Notes: generated by a model from the sequence alone, not told the origin. Counted from the stretch's first letter, positions 41,799-51,510 are shown. The stretch is DNA of 64,000 nucleotides from an uncultured Streptosporangiaceae bacterium (GCA_964412845.1 CAYPQM010000002.1:14497-78496); one strand, 5' to 3'. A program made the numbers and translations.

Positions 41799-42241
41799 GC
41801 CGGCTCGTCTCTGGCCGGCACGAACTCGGCCGCGGCGTCAGAGCCGTCGCGTCGCCACCGGTTGGCCTCCCAGAGCGCCGCAGGCAGCACGTGGATGCCG
41901 TAGTGGGTCCGGTGGTGCGCCGCGCACAGCACCTCCAGGTTCCCCGGGGACTCAGCCCAGGCCTGGAAATCCTCGTCGGAGTTGAAGTGCAGCCCCAGGG
42001 CTCGTTCGATCTTGTGCGGGTCGGTGTGGTTGATCTGGGAGAACTCCACGTGGGTGTGGTGGAGCTCCGGCGTGCCGTCGCAGAGGTCGTCGTCGATGAC
42101 ACACTTCCACAGGCCCTGGCGCTTCAGCCGGGCCTTCGCGGCTTCGAACAGGTGGTAATGGGGGTCGTTCTCGCGCGGGGCGTGTTCGGGGATGTGCGTC
42201 AGCAGATGCACTGTCTGGCGCTGGTCGTGGGCCGCGGTCAT
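41795..42241 (-). CDS. HNH endonuclease
   Basis: CDGTPELHHTHVEFSQINH...NLEVLCAAHHRTHYGIH (H-N-H pattern). Confidence 0.75.
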   Translation of the reverse strand: MTAAHDQRQTVHLLTHIPEHAPRENDPHYHLFEAAKARLKRQGLWKCVIDDDLCDGTPELHHTHVEFSQINHTDPHKIERALGLHFNSDEDFQAWAESPGNLEVLCAAHHRTHYGIHVLPAALWEANRWRRDGSDAAAEFVPARDEPA

Positions 42242-42280
42242 CGTGGTCCTGCCTGGAATTCGACTGTGGAGAGAACTTGG

Positions 42281-42817
42281 CTACGAATGCAGCCAGAACA
42301 GCGTGAAAGTCGATGTGATGTCCGAAGACGTGAAGGTGTTCAGCGGGCTTCCAGTGCTTTGCGACACGTACAGTTCGACATAGTCTCCTACGTTCAGGAA
42401 GACGGGCATCGAAACTGCCGGATATGCGGTTGCGTTTCCTGTGGACACCGGTGGTGCAAAGGTCGTGGTCCCCTGGATCACCGTGCCGTTCTTCGCGAAC
42501 TTCACGCCTCGTGCGCTCGTACTGCTCGACGCGAAAGCGCCGCATCCAGCAAGCATGTACCAGCCGGCCACCTGGGCCGTGATCCTGGTGTTGTTGACCG
42601 AGTTGCTGTGCTGATTGTCGGTATCGAGATTCGATCCGTCATAGTTGACCGGAGCCCAGATGCCGCTGGGGATGGACTGTGTGGCGATCTGATACACGGA
42701 GGCGGCCGGAACCGCTGTCAGAAAAGAGTTGCTGGCGGCAGGGCCCGCATTCCACAGAGCACCGGTCACCAGATTTCCCGGGGCTTGGTTTGCACTGACG
42801 GGGACTGTCCGGGGCAC
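42281..42817 (-). CDS. C1q/TNF-like jelly-roll domain protein, candidate tail tip or receptor-binding protein (178 aa, GTG start)
   Basis: AGWYMLAG..., VKFAKNGTVIQG and VFLNVGDYVELYV fit the gC1q pattern (G.Y.., ..l.kNG.., L.L..GD.V.v). AAGGAGG lies 6 nt before the GTG. GC content is visibly lower. Confidence 0.6.
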   Translation of the reverse strand: MPRTVPVSANQAPGNLVTGALWNAGPAASNSFLTAVPAASVYQIATQSIPSGIWAPVNYDGSNLDTDNQHSNSVNNTRITAQVAGWYMLAGCGAFASSSTSARGVKFAKNGTVIQGTTTFAPPVSTGNATAYPAVSMPVFLNVGDYVELYVSQSTGSPLNTFTSSDITSTFTLFWLHS

Positions 42818-42856
42818 GATACCCTCCTTTTTCTGTATTTCGCCGCAGGCACAAAT

Positions 42857-42883
42857 GCGCCCCGCACGGCATGTGCGGGGCGC
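42857..42883 (-). terminator. Hairpin GCGCCCCGCAC-ggcat-GTGCGGGGCGC between the 932-aa tail gene and the C1q-like gene
   Basis: Perfect 11-bp stem. ATTTGTG follows it on the minus strand. Confidence 0.6.
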
Positions 42884-42897
42884 TGAAGTGCTTGGGA

Positions 42898-45696
42898 TTA
42901 GTAGGCGAATTGGGCGGTATCGAATACCGCGAACGCGTCGTAGACGGTAGAACTGGTGACCCCGGCTGGCATCGGCTCGCAGACGGCAGCGCTGACTGCG
43001 TGGTTCTGCGTGAGGTTCGCGGTCAGCGTGATGGTCACCGAGGTGTAGCCGGGCGACGTCACCGGAACCCCGCCGGTTGCGATCGTCACGGTCTCCTGCG
43101 TCCCGGCGCCGAGGTCCAGGACGAGCTGCTGGCCTCCGCACAGGGTGCCCGCGGCCGGGTTGGTCGCTGCGTCGGCCAGCGGGTTGAGCACGATGGTGTT
43201 CGCGCCGGCGCTCGCCGGGTTCTTCAGCGTGGCGTGGATCGATGTGAAGACCGCATAGGGCGTCGTGGTGAACGGGCTGATCTGGAACGAGCTGGTCCAG
43301 TTCCCGCTGTCGTCGCCGGAGTGCGTGATCTGCTCGATGAAGCCGTCCATAGTGATCATCGGTGCAGGCGATGGCGGGCGGCGGTTGATCCGAACGCGCT
43401 GGCCGAGGTCCAGCGCGAGCACGCTCGGGAAGAGGGCCGGGTTGGACCCCAGATCCACCAGCAGCTGCGAGATCCGCGGGTGGGGGTCCTTGTACCTCGA
43501 CAGGTGGAAGTTTGCTGCGTCCTGGCATTCGAAGCCCGACGAGGACTGGTTGTTCCGGGTCATCGTGCGGGTGCCGTAGGCGGCCTGGCTGGCTGCGTTC
43601 GCCGCGGAGAATTCCTGGTTGGTCGACGACTGCGTGACCACGATCGCGTTCGAGATGTGCGTCGTGTCGTCGTCGATCGTCAGGGACGTGTACGGCAGCT
43701 CCCCGGCGTTCTCACCGAACGTCGCCACGGGGGTCGTCGCCAGGTAGCGACGGCTGCGCGCCTGGAACGTGAGGGCTCCCCCGGCGGCGATGAAGTGCTG
43801 GCCGGCCTCGGTGTTGACGACGTCCTGCAGAGCACTGAGAGCGTCGGATCCGCTGATGTCGTTGCAGGGGCCCATGCTCAGCGTCGAGCCGGTGTCGATG
43901 CTCGTGGGCCCGGTGTAGCCGCCGTATCCGGCGATCCGGGCGTAGCGGCTGCCCGAGGACTCCCCGGTGAAAGCGGTACGCCATGCGCTGTACAGGTTCG
44001 CGATCTGGCCGTTGGTCAGGACCGTGGGCCACTGGGCGTAGTGCGCGAGGTCTCCGGCGAAGTTGCTGCCGATGGCGCCGCTGAGCGGCCACATGCTGCC
44101 GCCGATGGATTCGTACGTGGCATTGGTCGGGTGCACGTCGAAGCCGCCGGAGGAGCCGGTGGCGACGTTCCCGTCGATCCAGAGGTTGACGGTCTGGCCG
44201 TTCGCCGACATCGTGATGAAGACCAGGTGCCAGTTGCCGTCGTTGGCCGTGACCGAGGTGTTGGTGACGCTGACTGAATGGTTGGCGGCGTTGTTGACCT
44301 GGACGAACAGCTGGGTTCCGGACGTGATCAGGTTGACGTTCCAGAAGTCGTTGAACAGCCCGCTCACGGCGCCCGGGGTGGCGCCCGCGAGGGCGTTGCC
44401 GCCCGCGGAGGTGGTGGTCGACCGGAACGCGATCATCCGGGTGAATCCGCCGGAGGGGACCCCGTTGATCCCGGCGGGACGCAGGTCCACGACGGTGCCG
44501 CCCGCAGTCGGGTTGGCGACGTTCAGCACGGGCCCGTCGGCGCCGAGGAAGGTACCGGCAGGCGTTGCCGAGGTGATCGACGTTCCTGGGGTCAGGATTC
44601 CTGTGCCCGTGGTTGAGCTGTAGGTCCCAGCAGCCGCCTTGCGGCCGGCCTGCTCGGCGAAGGTCGTCGCGCCCTGAGGGTCGTCGAGGCGGAAGAACCA
44701 GTCGGGGCCGAGCTTGGTGACCTCGTGCGTGAAGCAGTCGGTGAGCGTGCTCTGTGACAGCTGGGCCATGGCGTCGACGGCGACCGGGACGACGAGCCCG
44801 TAGGTGCCGCTGTACATCCACGACTGCGGGTAGCGCTCGATCATGCCGGCGTACACGGGGTACAGCTGGCCCGGCGTCGCGAAGGCCGAGGCGGTGGCCG
44901 CCTGCTCGAGCTGCATGCCGTCGGCCTGGAATGTCCAGTTCGAGCCGGGCGCGGTGGTCAGGGTGGCGCCGAAGGTGAGCGCAACCGCGCCGGCCGGGAC
45001 GGTGCCGGTCTGGGTGACGGTGGTCCAGGTTGCCGTCGGCGAGCCGGTCAGCGTGACCGTGGAGGCGGTCGTGGTCGCGATGGTGGCGCCGCCGATGCCC
45101 TGCCACAGCAGGAACGGCGTGATCACCGGGTTGGCGCCGGTCGTGGCCGACCGGACGTGCCGGGTGATGGTGTACTGCGTGCCCGGGGTGGCCAGGATCG
45201 AGGTGGGACCGAACGCGATCAGCACCTGCCCGGTCGTGGCCGCGCCTGCGACCGGCACTTGCCAGACCTGCGTGCCCTGCCAGGCGGACGCCGATGCCGC
45301 GACGACGGGCGTCGCGTAGGCGCCGGTCACCAGCGATGAGGACGCCCCTGGGCTCAGGGGCGTGACCTCGCCGCCGGTGGCGACGTCGCCGTCGAGCAGG
45401 TTGACGCTCGGCGGCCAGTAGGCCCGCATGCGCCAGCCGCGGAACGGCACGACACCGGGCGCGAACGGGCTGGCGTTGTTGAACGGGTCGAGGTAGCCGT
45501 CCGTGTTCGTCCAGGAGCCGTTGAACTCTGCGGGCTGGACCTGGTCGAGCTCGTACTGCTTGCCCCGCATCGTGGACCAGGGCCCGTACAGTCGCGGCGT
45601 CAGATCGGTGTAGTAGGAGGCTGCGGTGTTGAAGTAGGGGTTGGAGCCGAAAGCGGCCTCGCCCCGGAGGTTCGGCCAGTTCGTGTTGATGGCCAT
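42898..45696 (-). CDS. Large tail protein (932 aa), distal tail or baseplate-type minor tail protein
   Basis: Immediately downstream of the tape measure gene. Thr/Gly/Ala-rich and beta-type in composition. Confidence 0.8.
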   Translation of the reverse strand: MAINTNWPNLRGEAAFGSNPYFNTAASYYTDLTPRLYGPWSTMRGKQYELDQVQPAEFNGSWTNTDGYLDPFNNASPFAPGVVPFRGWRMRAYWPPSVNLLDGDVATGGEVTPLSPGASSSLVTGAYATPVVAASASAWQGTQVWQVPVAGAATTGQVLIAFGPTSILATPGTQYTITRHVRSATTGANPVITPFLLWQGIGGATIATTTASTVTLTGSPTATWTTVTQTGTVPAGAVALTFGATLTTAPGSNWTFQADGMQLEQAATASAFATPGQLYPVYAGMIERYPQSWMYSGTYGLVVPVAVDAMAQLSQSTLTDCFTHEVTKLGPDWFFRLDDPQGATTFAEQAGRKAAAGTYSSTTGTGILTPGTSITSATPAGTFLGADGPVLNVANPTAGGTVVDLRPAGINGVPSGGFTRMIAFRSTTTSAGGNALAGATPGAVSGLFNDFWNVNLITSGTQLFVQVNNAANHSVSVTNTSVTANDGNWHLVFITMSANGQTVNLWIDGNVATGSSGGFDVHPTNATYESIGGSMWPLSGAIGSNFAGDLAHYAQWPTVLTNGQIANLYSAWRTAFTGESSGSRYARIAGYGGYTGPTSIDTGSTLSMGPCNDISGSDALSALQDVVNTEAGQHFIAAGGALTFQARSRRYLATTPVATFGENAGELPYTSLTIDDDTTHISNAIVVTQSSTNQEFSAANAASQAAYGTRTMTRNNQSSSGFECQDAANFHLSRYKDPHPRISQLLVDLGSNPALFPSVLALDLGQRVRINRRPPSPAPMITMDGFIEQITHSGDDSGNWTSSFQISPFTTTPYAVFTSIHATLKNPASAGANTIVLNPLADAATNPAAGTLCGGQQLVLDLGAGTQETVTIATGGVPVTSPGYTSVTITLTANLTQNHAVSAAVCEPMPAGVTSSTVYDAFAVFDTAQFAY

Positions 45697-45705
45697 GGTG
45701 CCCCC

Positions 45706-48700
45706 TCAGCGCTTGTAGGCGGTGTACGAGGTGGAGTTGCGGCCGCCGAGCTGAAGCATTTGCGTCTGCATCAGGTTGCGGAGATCGCGTTCGGCCAGGA
45801 CGGAGCCTGCGATGTAGATGTTGTTGACGTAGACCGGCGCGCCCCCGCCCGAGGCGGTTGAGACCATGGGCCCGGCGCCGCCGCCCTTCGAGGCGGCAGC
45901 CAGCATGTCGTTGGACAGGACGAACTCGCCGCCGTGGACGATGGCCAGCTGCGGCGCGCCCTTGGGCCCGGGCACGTAGCCGCCGACGTCGTAGGACGCC
46001 ATGCGCGACTGGCCCTTGCCGTGGCCGACGGTGTTGCCGCCGACTACCACCACGCCGCTCGCGGCGAGCATCTTCTGGATGTCGGTCATACCGGTGACGC
46101 TGACGTTGAGGTTGGTCTGGATGTCCGGCGGGATCAGGCCCAGGGTGTCGATGTACGCCTGGACCTTCTTGCGGGTCGACTCGGAGGTCGAGGAGGTGTT
46201 GACCAGGGCCTGGATTTGGTCCTTCAGCGCCTGGGTGGCCGCCGGGATGCCCATCTTCCCGTTCTTGATGTTGTCGTTGTAGACGTCGACTGCACCTTGA
46301 GCGGCCTGTCGGAGGGCGTCCCGGTTGGCCAGGGCGGCATCGCTGTTCCCGGTCAGCGCACTACCGTTGTCGATCAGGGCCTGCCGGACGTTCTTGAGCT
46401 GCTTCTGGAAGTTGTCCATGGCACCGGACATCTCGAGCCCGGCGGTCATGGTCTGCTGCGCCTGGGTAACGCCGTCGATCGCGCTCGCGGTGTCATCCGC
46501 GGCAGCAGTCGTCTGGCCCAACGCCGCGTCCTGGCCTTGCAGAGCATCGGTGGCGTTCTGGGTGCTGGTGGCGGCGGTTGCCTGCTGGGCGGCCTGGCGG
46601 TCCAGGGCGGCGAAGTACTGTGGGAAGTCTTTCGCGGTGTTGATCAGTGCCTTGCCGTTCTTGTCGGTAGCGGCAGTGATCTGATCCATGATCGACTTTG
46701 CTCGGTCGCCGTTGCCGCTGGCCACGAGGTTTGCCAGGGCGCCGTCGTAGTTCTTCGTCATCGACGCCCCGCCACCCATTTGCTGGCTGAGCTTGCCGAT
46801 TACGATCCCGAACTGCGCCATCGGTTCGGTGTCGGCGCTGACCTTCAACCCCAGGCCGCTCATCAAACGGGTGACTTCGGCTCCCGAGCCGGCGAGCGCG
46901 GTACAGGCGTCGGAGGAGTCCATCAGCGCCACGGTCAGTTGGTCGACGCTGGGCCCCGCCTTGCTCGCTTCCCCCGTCAAATCGTTGAGCCACTTGCCGA
47001 GCCCGATGCCCGCCACTACAACGGCGCCGATGACGGGGAGGGACCGGCCGAGGGTACCCACCAGGCCGCCGATGCCGCTCGCTCCGGCCGCGGTCTCGGC
47101 TGCGGTGGTGCTGGCCACGGTCTCGGCGGTGAAGGTCTTCATACCGATGCCGGCGGCGGCCAGTCGCAGCTTCAGGGCATCGAGCGCTTCTTCCCCGAGC
47201 ACCAGCTTGAGGACGAAGCCAGCGAATGCAACGCTCGTTTCGAGGATGCCGCGGAGCAGGGACACCATCAGCGCGGCCGAGGTCGTCAGGATCTTGGCGG
47301 TGAAAACCGCCAGCTGGGTGCTGCCTTCGACGACCGTCTTGATCAGCGCCGTGGTCATGCTCTTGACCCACATGCCCAGGGCCATCAGCAGGACGCCGCC
47401 GATCACCATGGCGAGGCCTTCGACGACCTTCTTGTGCCGGGCCAACAGGCTCATACCCGACTCGAGCACGGGGATGAGCACGGAGCCGATCTTGATGGCC
47501 GTGGCCGCAACTTCTTGCTTCAGCTGCTCGATCTTGAAGTTGAAGCCCGCGGTGATCGTGCCCCAGTTCTCGATGTCCTTGCCAGCGTGCTGCGACGCCT
47601 CGGAGATCGTCTTGACGTTCTGGGTGTAGGCAGCGAGGTTGATGCCCCCGATCTGCAACGCGGTGTTGGTGTCCATCTGATCGCCGAGCATGTGCCGCAG
47701 CAGCCCGGCGTAGGTCTGGACGTCGGTGCCGCCACCGCGCAGCGCGAGGTTGAAGCTGCTCGCGTTCTTGTAGTTGGTCAGGAATTGCGAACCCATCGCC
47801 TGAAGGTTCGGCGGCATCTCCTTGATCGCGGCGCTGTAGTCCTTCGTGGAGATCGTGCCGCTCACGACCTCCGTCGAGAGGTTCTTCAGGGCGGCCGGCA
47901 TCGACTGGAGCATCGTCTGCAAGCCCTGCGCGGCGTCCTTGGAGCTCGCGAAGGTCTGGACCAGGTACTTCCCGTCCGGACCCATGTGGTTCAAGATCGC
48001 CTGGTTGACGATCTCGAGCGTGCCCGTCAGGCCCCTGCTGCCGAGGTTCTCCTGCAGGTCCGTGCTGGAGACGCCCATCTGGTTCATCCACTTGATCGCG
48101 ATCGCGTTGGGCGTCTGCAGCGAGCTGATCGTGTGGCCGAGCATCTGGGTTGCCTGGTCAGCGGAGGTTCCCTGGCGTGTCATCTCGGACATGGCGCCGA
48201 GCACCTCGGCCAGGCTGATCCCTGCGGCGTGGGCCTGTGGCAGCACGGAGTGCAGGGCCCCGGCGAAAGCCTGCATGCTCGTCTTGCCGAGGGACACGGC
48301 CGCGACGATCTGGTTCATCACCGGGACGGCCGTCTTGCCGGTGGTGTCCCCCATGGCGGTCAGCGCCGTGGTCAGCGCGTTCGCGACCGTCACGACGTCG
48401 GCGCCCTCGGCGCGCGCGCCCTCGGCGGCAACATTCAGGACATTGATGCCCTGGGCACCGTGGTAGCCCGCGGACTCCACGTAGTACATGGCGTCGGCCA
48501 GCTGCTTCGTGGAGGTGGCCGTGGTGACGGCCATCTTCAGCATCTGGTCGGAGACGTCCGCGATCGGGCCGACGAGCCGTCCGTGAACGATGCTGCCGGT
48601 CTCGCCCGCGGACGTGACGAGCTTGGTCATCGACTGCTGCCAGTCGCCGGCCAATTTGACGCTGACGGCCGCAACGCCCACCCCGGCCGCGGCAACCATC

Positions 48701-48846
48701 CCGCCGACCTTGGTCATCGCCGGGCCGAGGCCGCCCATCTTGTTGATGAGCGACTCGCCCTCGACGCCGACCGCCTTGAGCTCGCTCTTCAGCGGCCCGG
48801 ACAGCAGGGTGAGCTTGATGAAGAGATCGGCAACCTCGGCAGCCAC
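45706..48846 (-). CDS. Tape measure protein (1046 aa)
   Basis: Size, position after the G/T chaperones, long Ala/Gly/Gln-rich helical sequence and central hydrophobic segments. Confidence 0.9.
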   Translation of the reverse strand: MAAEVADLFIKLTLLSGPLKSELKAVGVEGESLINKMGGLGPAMTKVGGMVAAAGVGVAAVSVKLAGDWQQSMTKLVTSAGETGSIVHGRLVGPIADVSDQMLKMAVTTATSTKQLADAMYYVESAGYHGAQGINVLNVAAEGARAEGADVVTVANALTTALTAMGDTTGKTAVPVMNQIVAAVSLGKTSMQAFAGALHSVLPQAHAAGISLAEVLGAMSEMTRQGTSADQATQMLGHTISSLQTPNAIAIKWMNQMGVSSTDLQENLGSRGLTGTLEIVNQAILNHMGPDGKYLVQTFASSKDAAQGLQTMLQSMPAALKNLSTEVVSGTISTKDYSAAIKEMPPNLQAMGSQFLTNYKNASSFNLALRGGGTDVQTYAGLLRHMLGDQMDTNTALQIGGINLAAYTQNVKTISEASQHAGKDIENWGTITAGFNFKIEQLKQEVAATAIKIGSVLIPVLESGMSLLARHKKVVEGLAMVIGGVLLMALGMWVKSMTTALIKTVVEGSTQLAVFTAKILTTSAALMVSLLRGILETSVAFAGFVLKLVLGEEALDALKLRLAAAGIGMKTFTAETVASTTAAETAAGASGIGGLVGTLGRSLPVIGAVVVAGIGLGKWLNDLTGEASKAGPSVDQLTVALMDSSDACTALAGSGAEVTRLMSGLGLKVSADTEPMAQFGIVIGKLSQQMGGGASMTKNYDGALANLVASGNGDRAKSIMDQITAATDKNGKALINTAKDFPQYFAALDRQAAQQATAATSTQNATDALQGQDAALGQTTAAADDTASAIDGVTQAQQTMTAGLEMSGAMDNFQKQLKNVRQALIDNGSALTGNSDAALANRDALRQAAQGAVDVYNDNIKNGKMGIPAATQALKDQIQALVNTSSTSESTRKKVQAYIDTLGLIPPDIQTNLNVSVTGMTDIQKMLAASGVVVVGGNTVGHGKGQSRMASYDVGGYVPGPKGAPQLAIVHGGEFVLSNDMLAAASKGGGAGPMVSTASGGGAPVYVNNIYIAGSVLAERDLRNLMQTQMLQLGGRNSTSYTAYKR

Positions 48847-48900
48847 GGCGCCCCCTCACGGATGTCGTCGACGTCCGCGAGGCGCGGCGGTGAGGGGCGA

Positions 48901-49368
48901 TCAGATGAGCGTTTTCCAGCCGGCGCCGAAGTTCTTGGCGTAGATCAGCGAGGCCGGGACGCCCATGGCGAAGCGGAAGGCCGGCTGGAGGAAGGGATAC
49001 TTAGCGCCGTTGACCAGGCCGGCGACTTCCAGGTAGTAGCCGTACTTGTTGGCCGGCGTCTTCGAGCCGTACGACGAGGGGAAGCCGACAGCGGTCCCGA
49101 CCAGGATCTCCAGGGTGTCGCCGACCGTGCGTACCGCGGTGTGGGTGATCGCGCGTCGCAGGTTGCCGGAGATGACTGCCGGGCCTTCGCCGGGCAGCGC
49201 TGGGGTCCGGGTACCGACCTTGTGGGCCCCGTTGCTGGCGTTGATCTTTGCCTGCTTCTCGATCGTCAGCGCCAGCTCTGTCAGGGTCTTGGCGGACTTT
49301 CTGCGGGTTTCGGCTGCGATCTCGGTGCAGAGCTTCGTGAACACACCCGGCGTGAGTTCGGTGGCCAA
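48901..49368 (-). CDS. HK97 gp10-like head-tail/tail component (155 aa)
   Basis: ...GPAVISGNLRRAITHTAV... resembles the tG.Lr.SI motif of gp10-family proteins. Family not verified. Confidence 0.55.
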   Translation of the reverse strand: MATELTPGVFTKLCTEIAAETRRKSAKTLTELALTIEKQAKINASNGAHKVGTRTPALPGEGPAVISGNLRRAITHTAVRTVGDTLEILVGTAVGFPSSYGSKTPANKYGYYLEVAGLVNGAKYPFLQPAFRFAMGVPASLIYAKNFGAGWKTLI

Positions 49369-49369
49369 G

Positions 49370-49552
49370 TCACCACCTCACTTCGGTCGCTCCTGGCTTC
49401 TGCTGGGCGCTGCGGTGAGCACGTTCCGCGGCGGCGTTGTTCGCGCGGCGCCCCTCCATGAGGAAGATCCAGCAGACTTGCCGCACGTAGTGCGGAGTGG
49501 CTTGATACTCGTCCCAGGTCCAGCGCATCTCACGCATGAGCTCGAACATCAC
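49370..49552 (-). CDS. Tail assembly chaperone T-frame segment, probably made as a G-T fusion by -1 frameshifting
   Basis: By hand translation, the -1 frame relative to G is open from about 49700 through 49370. Confidence 0.55.
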   Translation of the reverse strand: MMFELMREMRWTWDEYQATPHYVRQVCWIFLMEGRRANNAAAERAHRSAQQKPGATEVRW

Positions 49553-49611
49553 CCACTCCTCCGGGGCAGCCCCGGATGCCCACGTCCCGTCGAGAATGCT
49601 CTCGACGTCGG

Positions 49612-49998
49612 TCAGGACGCTGGCGAATCCGGGGTCGTCGAAGGGGAGCCGTTCGCCCCCTTGTTCATCTCCTCGGCGATGCGGGTCTGGACGATCTGCG
49701 CGAACTTCGAGACCGTCTCAGCGGTCGCGGGCAGGTCGAGCAGCGGCTGCTCCTCGGCCCTCACACTGGAGTCGTACATCCGCATGTCGACGACGAGGTT
49801 GGCGATGCGCTCGTAGGACTCCCACAGGGCGGCCTTCGGGTTGAGCGGCTGGCCGTTGCTGTCCGTGGCGATGTCGGACACGAGTTCGTCCAGCGGCACG
49901 AGCAACGGGTTGCGGATCTTGACGTAGAGATCGGGCTCGCCGTCTTCAGTCAGTTCGGGGAACGTGATCGTGATGAAGCGCCCCTTGAGTCCCGCCAT
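49612..49998 (-). CDS. Tail assembly chaperone G (128 aa)
   Basis: Position between the major tail and tape measure genes. Acidic. Confidence 0.7.
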   Translation of the reverse strand: MAGLKGRFITITFPELTEDGEPDLYVKIRNPLLVPLDELVSDIATDSNGQPLNPKAALWESYERIANLVVDMRMYDSSVRAEEQPLLDLPATAETVSKFAQIVQTRIAEEMNKGANGSPSTTPDSPAS

Positions 49999-50032
49999 CT
50001 GGGACTCTCCTTTCGGGTAGGTGGTGAGTGGA

Positions 50033-51226
50033 TCAGTAGGCTGTTGAGACGAAGTTGGTGACGGTCGCTGCGAAGGCGCCGCCGTCGGTGGCGTTGTAGA
50101 TGCCGTCGATGTCGAAGGACGCCGTGACGTAGATGTCGTCCCAGGAGACCTGGCCCTTGTTCCAGCCCGACTTGGTCGACGTCATGGTGATCACCGAGCC
50201 GCCGAGGACGACTGGCTGGGTGAGGACGGCCGTGCACGGCTGCTGGAGGTACTGCAGGTACAGGTTGAGGTCGGCGTCCGACTCGAAGAGCGCCTTGTAC
50301 GAGCCGCTGAAGTCGAAGACGCCCTGGAAGGTCTCCCGGGGCTGCTGGACGCCGTCGGAGCTGTGGATCGCCTCGACCGGCCGCTTGAGGGTCATGTCGT
50401 AAGACAGGCCGCGGGTGCTTGAGGCTCCCCCGTTGGTCATCGTCCACTGCCAGCCCAGGGCGGGCTGCACGGGCGAGAAGCTCGGCCCGACCTGGTCGGC
50501 GACCTCGGCAGACAGCCAGCCGGTGAACTTCGCCGAGGCGGTCACCATGGCCTTGGGGTCGATCTTGATGCCGAGCTCGCTGCACTTGCAGCCGGGGAAG
50601 CCGCGCGAGTGCGACGGTAGGCCGTTGGCGACCACGTCGTACTTCGTGAAGCTCCAGCTGGTCTGCGCGGCCGCGGGGTTCTGCTTGAAGCTGTGCGTCG
50701 ACTGGGAGATCACCGAGCCGCCGGCTGCGGTATGTGCGTAGCGGGTGCCGGTCGAGGGCGTGGTGACGTTCGCGGTGTAGGGCCCGGAGCCGGAGACGGT
50801 CCCGATCTGGACGTACTCCAGGTTCGCGCCGCCGGTGTCGGAGATCTGGATGATCGCGTTGTTGCCGGGGTTGGCTGTGAAAGACAGCGGCGATCCGCCG
50901 AGGCCTCCGCCGACGACGCAGTCCGCGGTGAGGGTGGTGGTCACGCCGGCTGTGGTGACGGTGTCCGGCCCGATGATGGCGCGGAACAGGTACGGGAGCG
51001 CGTCCGCGTACGCCGCCATCTCGAAGTCGAACGAGCTCTGACCGGGCCCCTGGTAGAGGCCCTGGAGCCCGGTGTCGTTGTTCCGGAAGCTCTCGTCGCG
51101 CAGCGGGTCGTAGACGTCGACCGCATCGCACTTGGTCACGGCGAAGTCGAACCCCGGGGCCAGGTAGCTGCCCTGCGCGCTCTCCTTCCGGCCGCCGATG
51201 TATCCGAGCCGAGAAACAGAGCTCAT
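50033..51226 (-). CDS. Major tail (tube) protein candidate (397 aa)
   Basis: Position directly upstream of the chaperones. Beta-rich, Thr/Gly/Ser-rich. Confidence 0.7.
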   Translation of the reverse strand: MSSVSRLGYIGGRKESAQGSYLAPGFDFAVTKCDAVDVYDPLRDESFRNNDTGLQGLYQGPGQSSFDFEMAAYADALPYLFRAIIGPDTVTTAGVTTTLTADCVVGGGLGGSPLSFTANPGNNAIIQISDTGGANLEYVQIGTVSGSGPYTANVTTPSTGTRYAHTAAGGSVISQSTHSFKQNPAAAQTSWSFTKYDVVANGLPSHSRGFPGCKCSELGIKIDPKAMVTASAKFTGWLSAEVADQVGPSFSPVQPALGWQWTMTNGGASSTRGLSYDMTLKRPVEAIHSSDGVQQPRETFQGVFDFSGSYKALFESDADLNLYLQYLQQPCTAVLTQPVVLGGSVITMTSTKSGWNKGQVSWDDIYVTASFDIDGIYNATDGGAFAATVTNFVSTAY

Positions 51227-51510
51227 GCCGACTCACCTCCGGGTTCGATGGCCGGCTGAGCGGCGGGCTTCTTGGTCTTGGTGGCGGGGGCCTGGTCGGC
51301 GCTCGCCGCGGGGGCGGCCGGCGGTTCGGGCGCGTCGGCCGGTTCGGGTTCCGGCTCGGGGTCGGGCTCGAGCGATGTGAAGCCGGCCAGGAGCTTGGGC
51401 TGGTCGGTCTCTTCGCCGGGGCCGACGGTGAACGGCCGCCCGTCGGGGTTGTCTTTGGTGGGCCACAGCGAGACGTGCTGCGGGTAGCCCGAGGTGTTGC
51501 GCTGGCGCAC
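51223..51510 (-). CDS. Hypothetical protein with a Pro/Glu/Ala-rich C-terminus (95 aa, GTG start)
   Basis: Track ORF. ATGA overlap with the major tail gene. Confidence 0.5.
   Translation of the reverse strand: MRQRNTSGYPQHVSLWPTKDNPDGRPFTVGPGEETDQPKLLAGFTSLEPDPEPEPEPADAPEPPAAPAASADQAPATKTKKPAAQPAIEPGGESA

Noticed and set aside
42281-45696. A diversity-generating retroelement acting on the tail tip or C1q-like gene.
   Set aside because: No reverse-transcriptase-like ORF and no template/variable repeat pair could be seen near the tail genes.
45934-49461. Very long plus-strand ORFs in the track: 45934..49461 (1175 aa), 55250..57526 (758 aa), 24106..25821 (571 aa), 60999..62603 (534 aa), 28274..29806, 22024..23409 and others.
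   Set aside because: They lie antisense to well-supported minus-strand genes (tape measure, scaffold, methyltransferase, terminase). Their products are Arg/Gly/Pro/Asp-rich with no motifs. These are the typical shadow ORFs of high-GC DNA.
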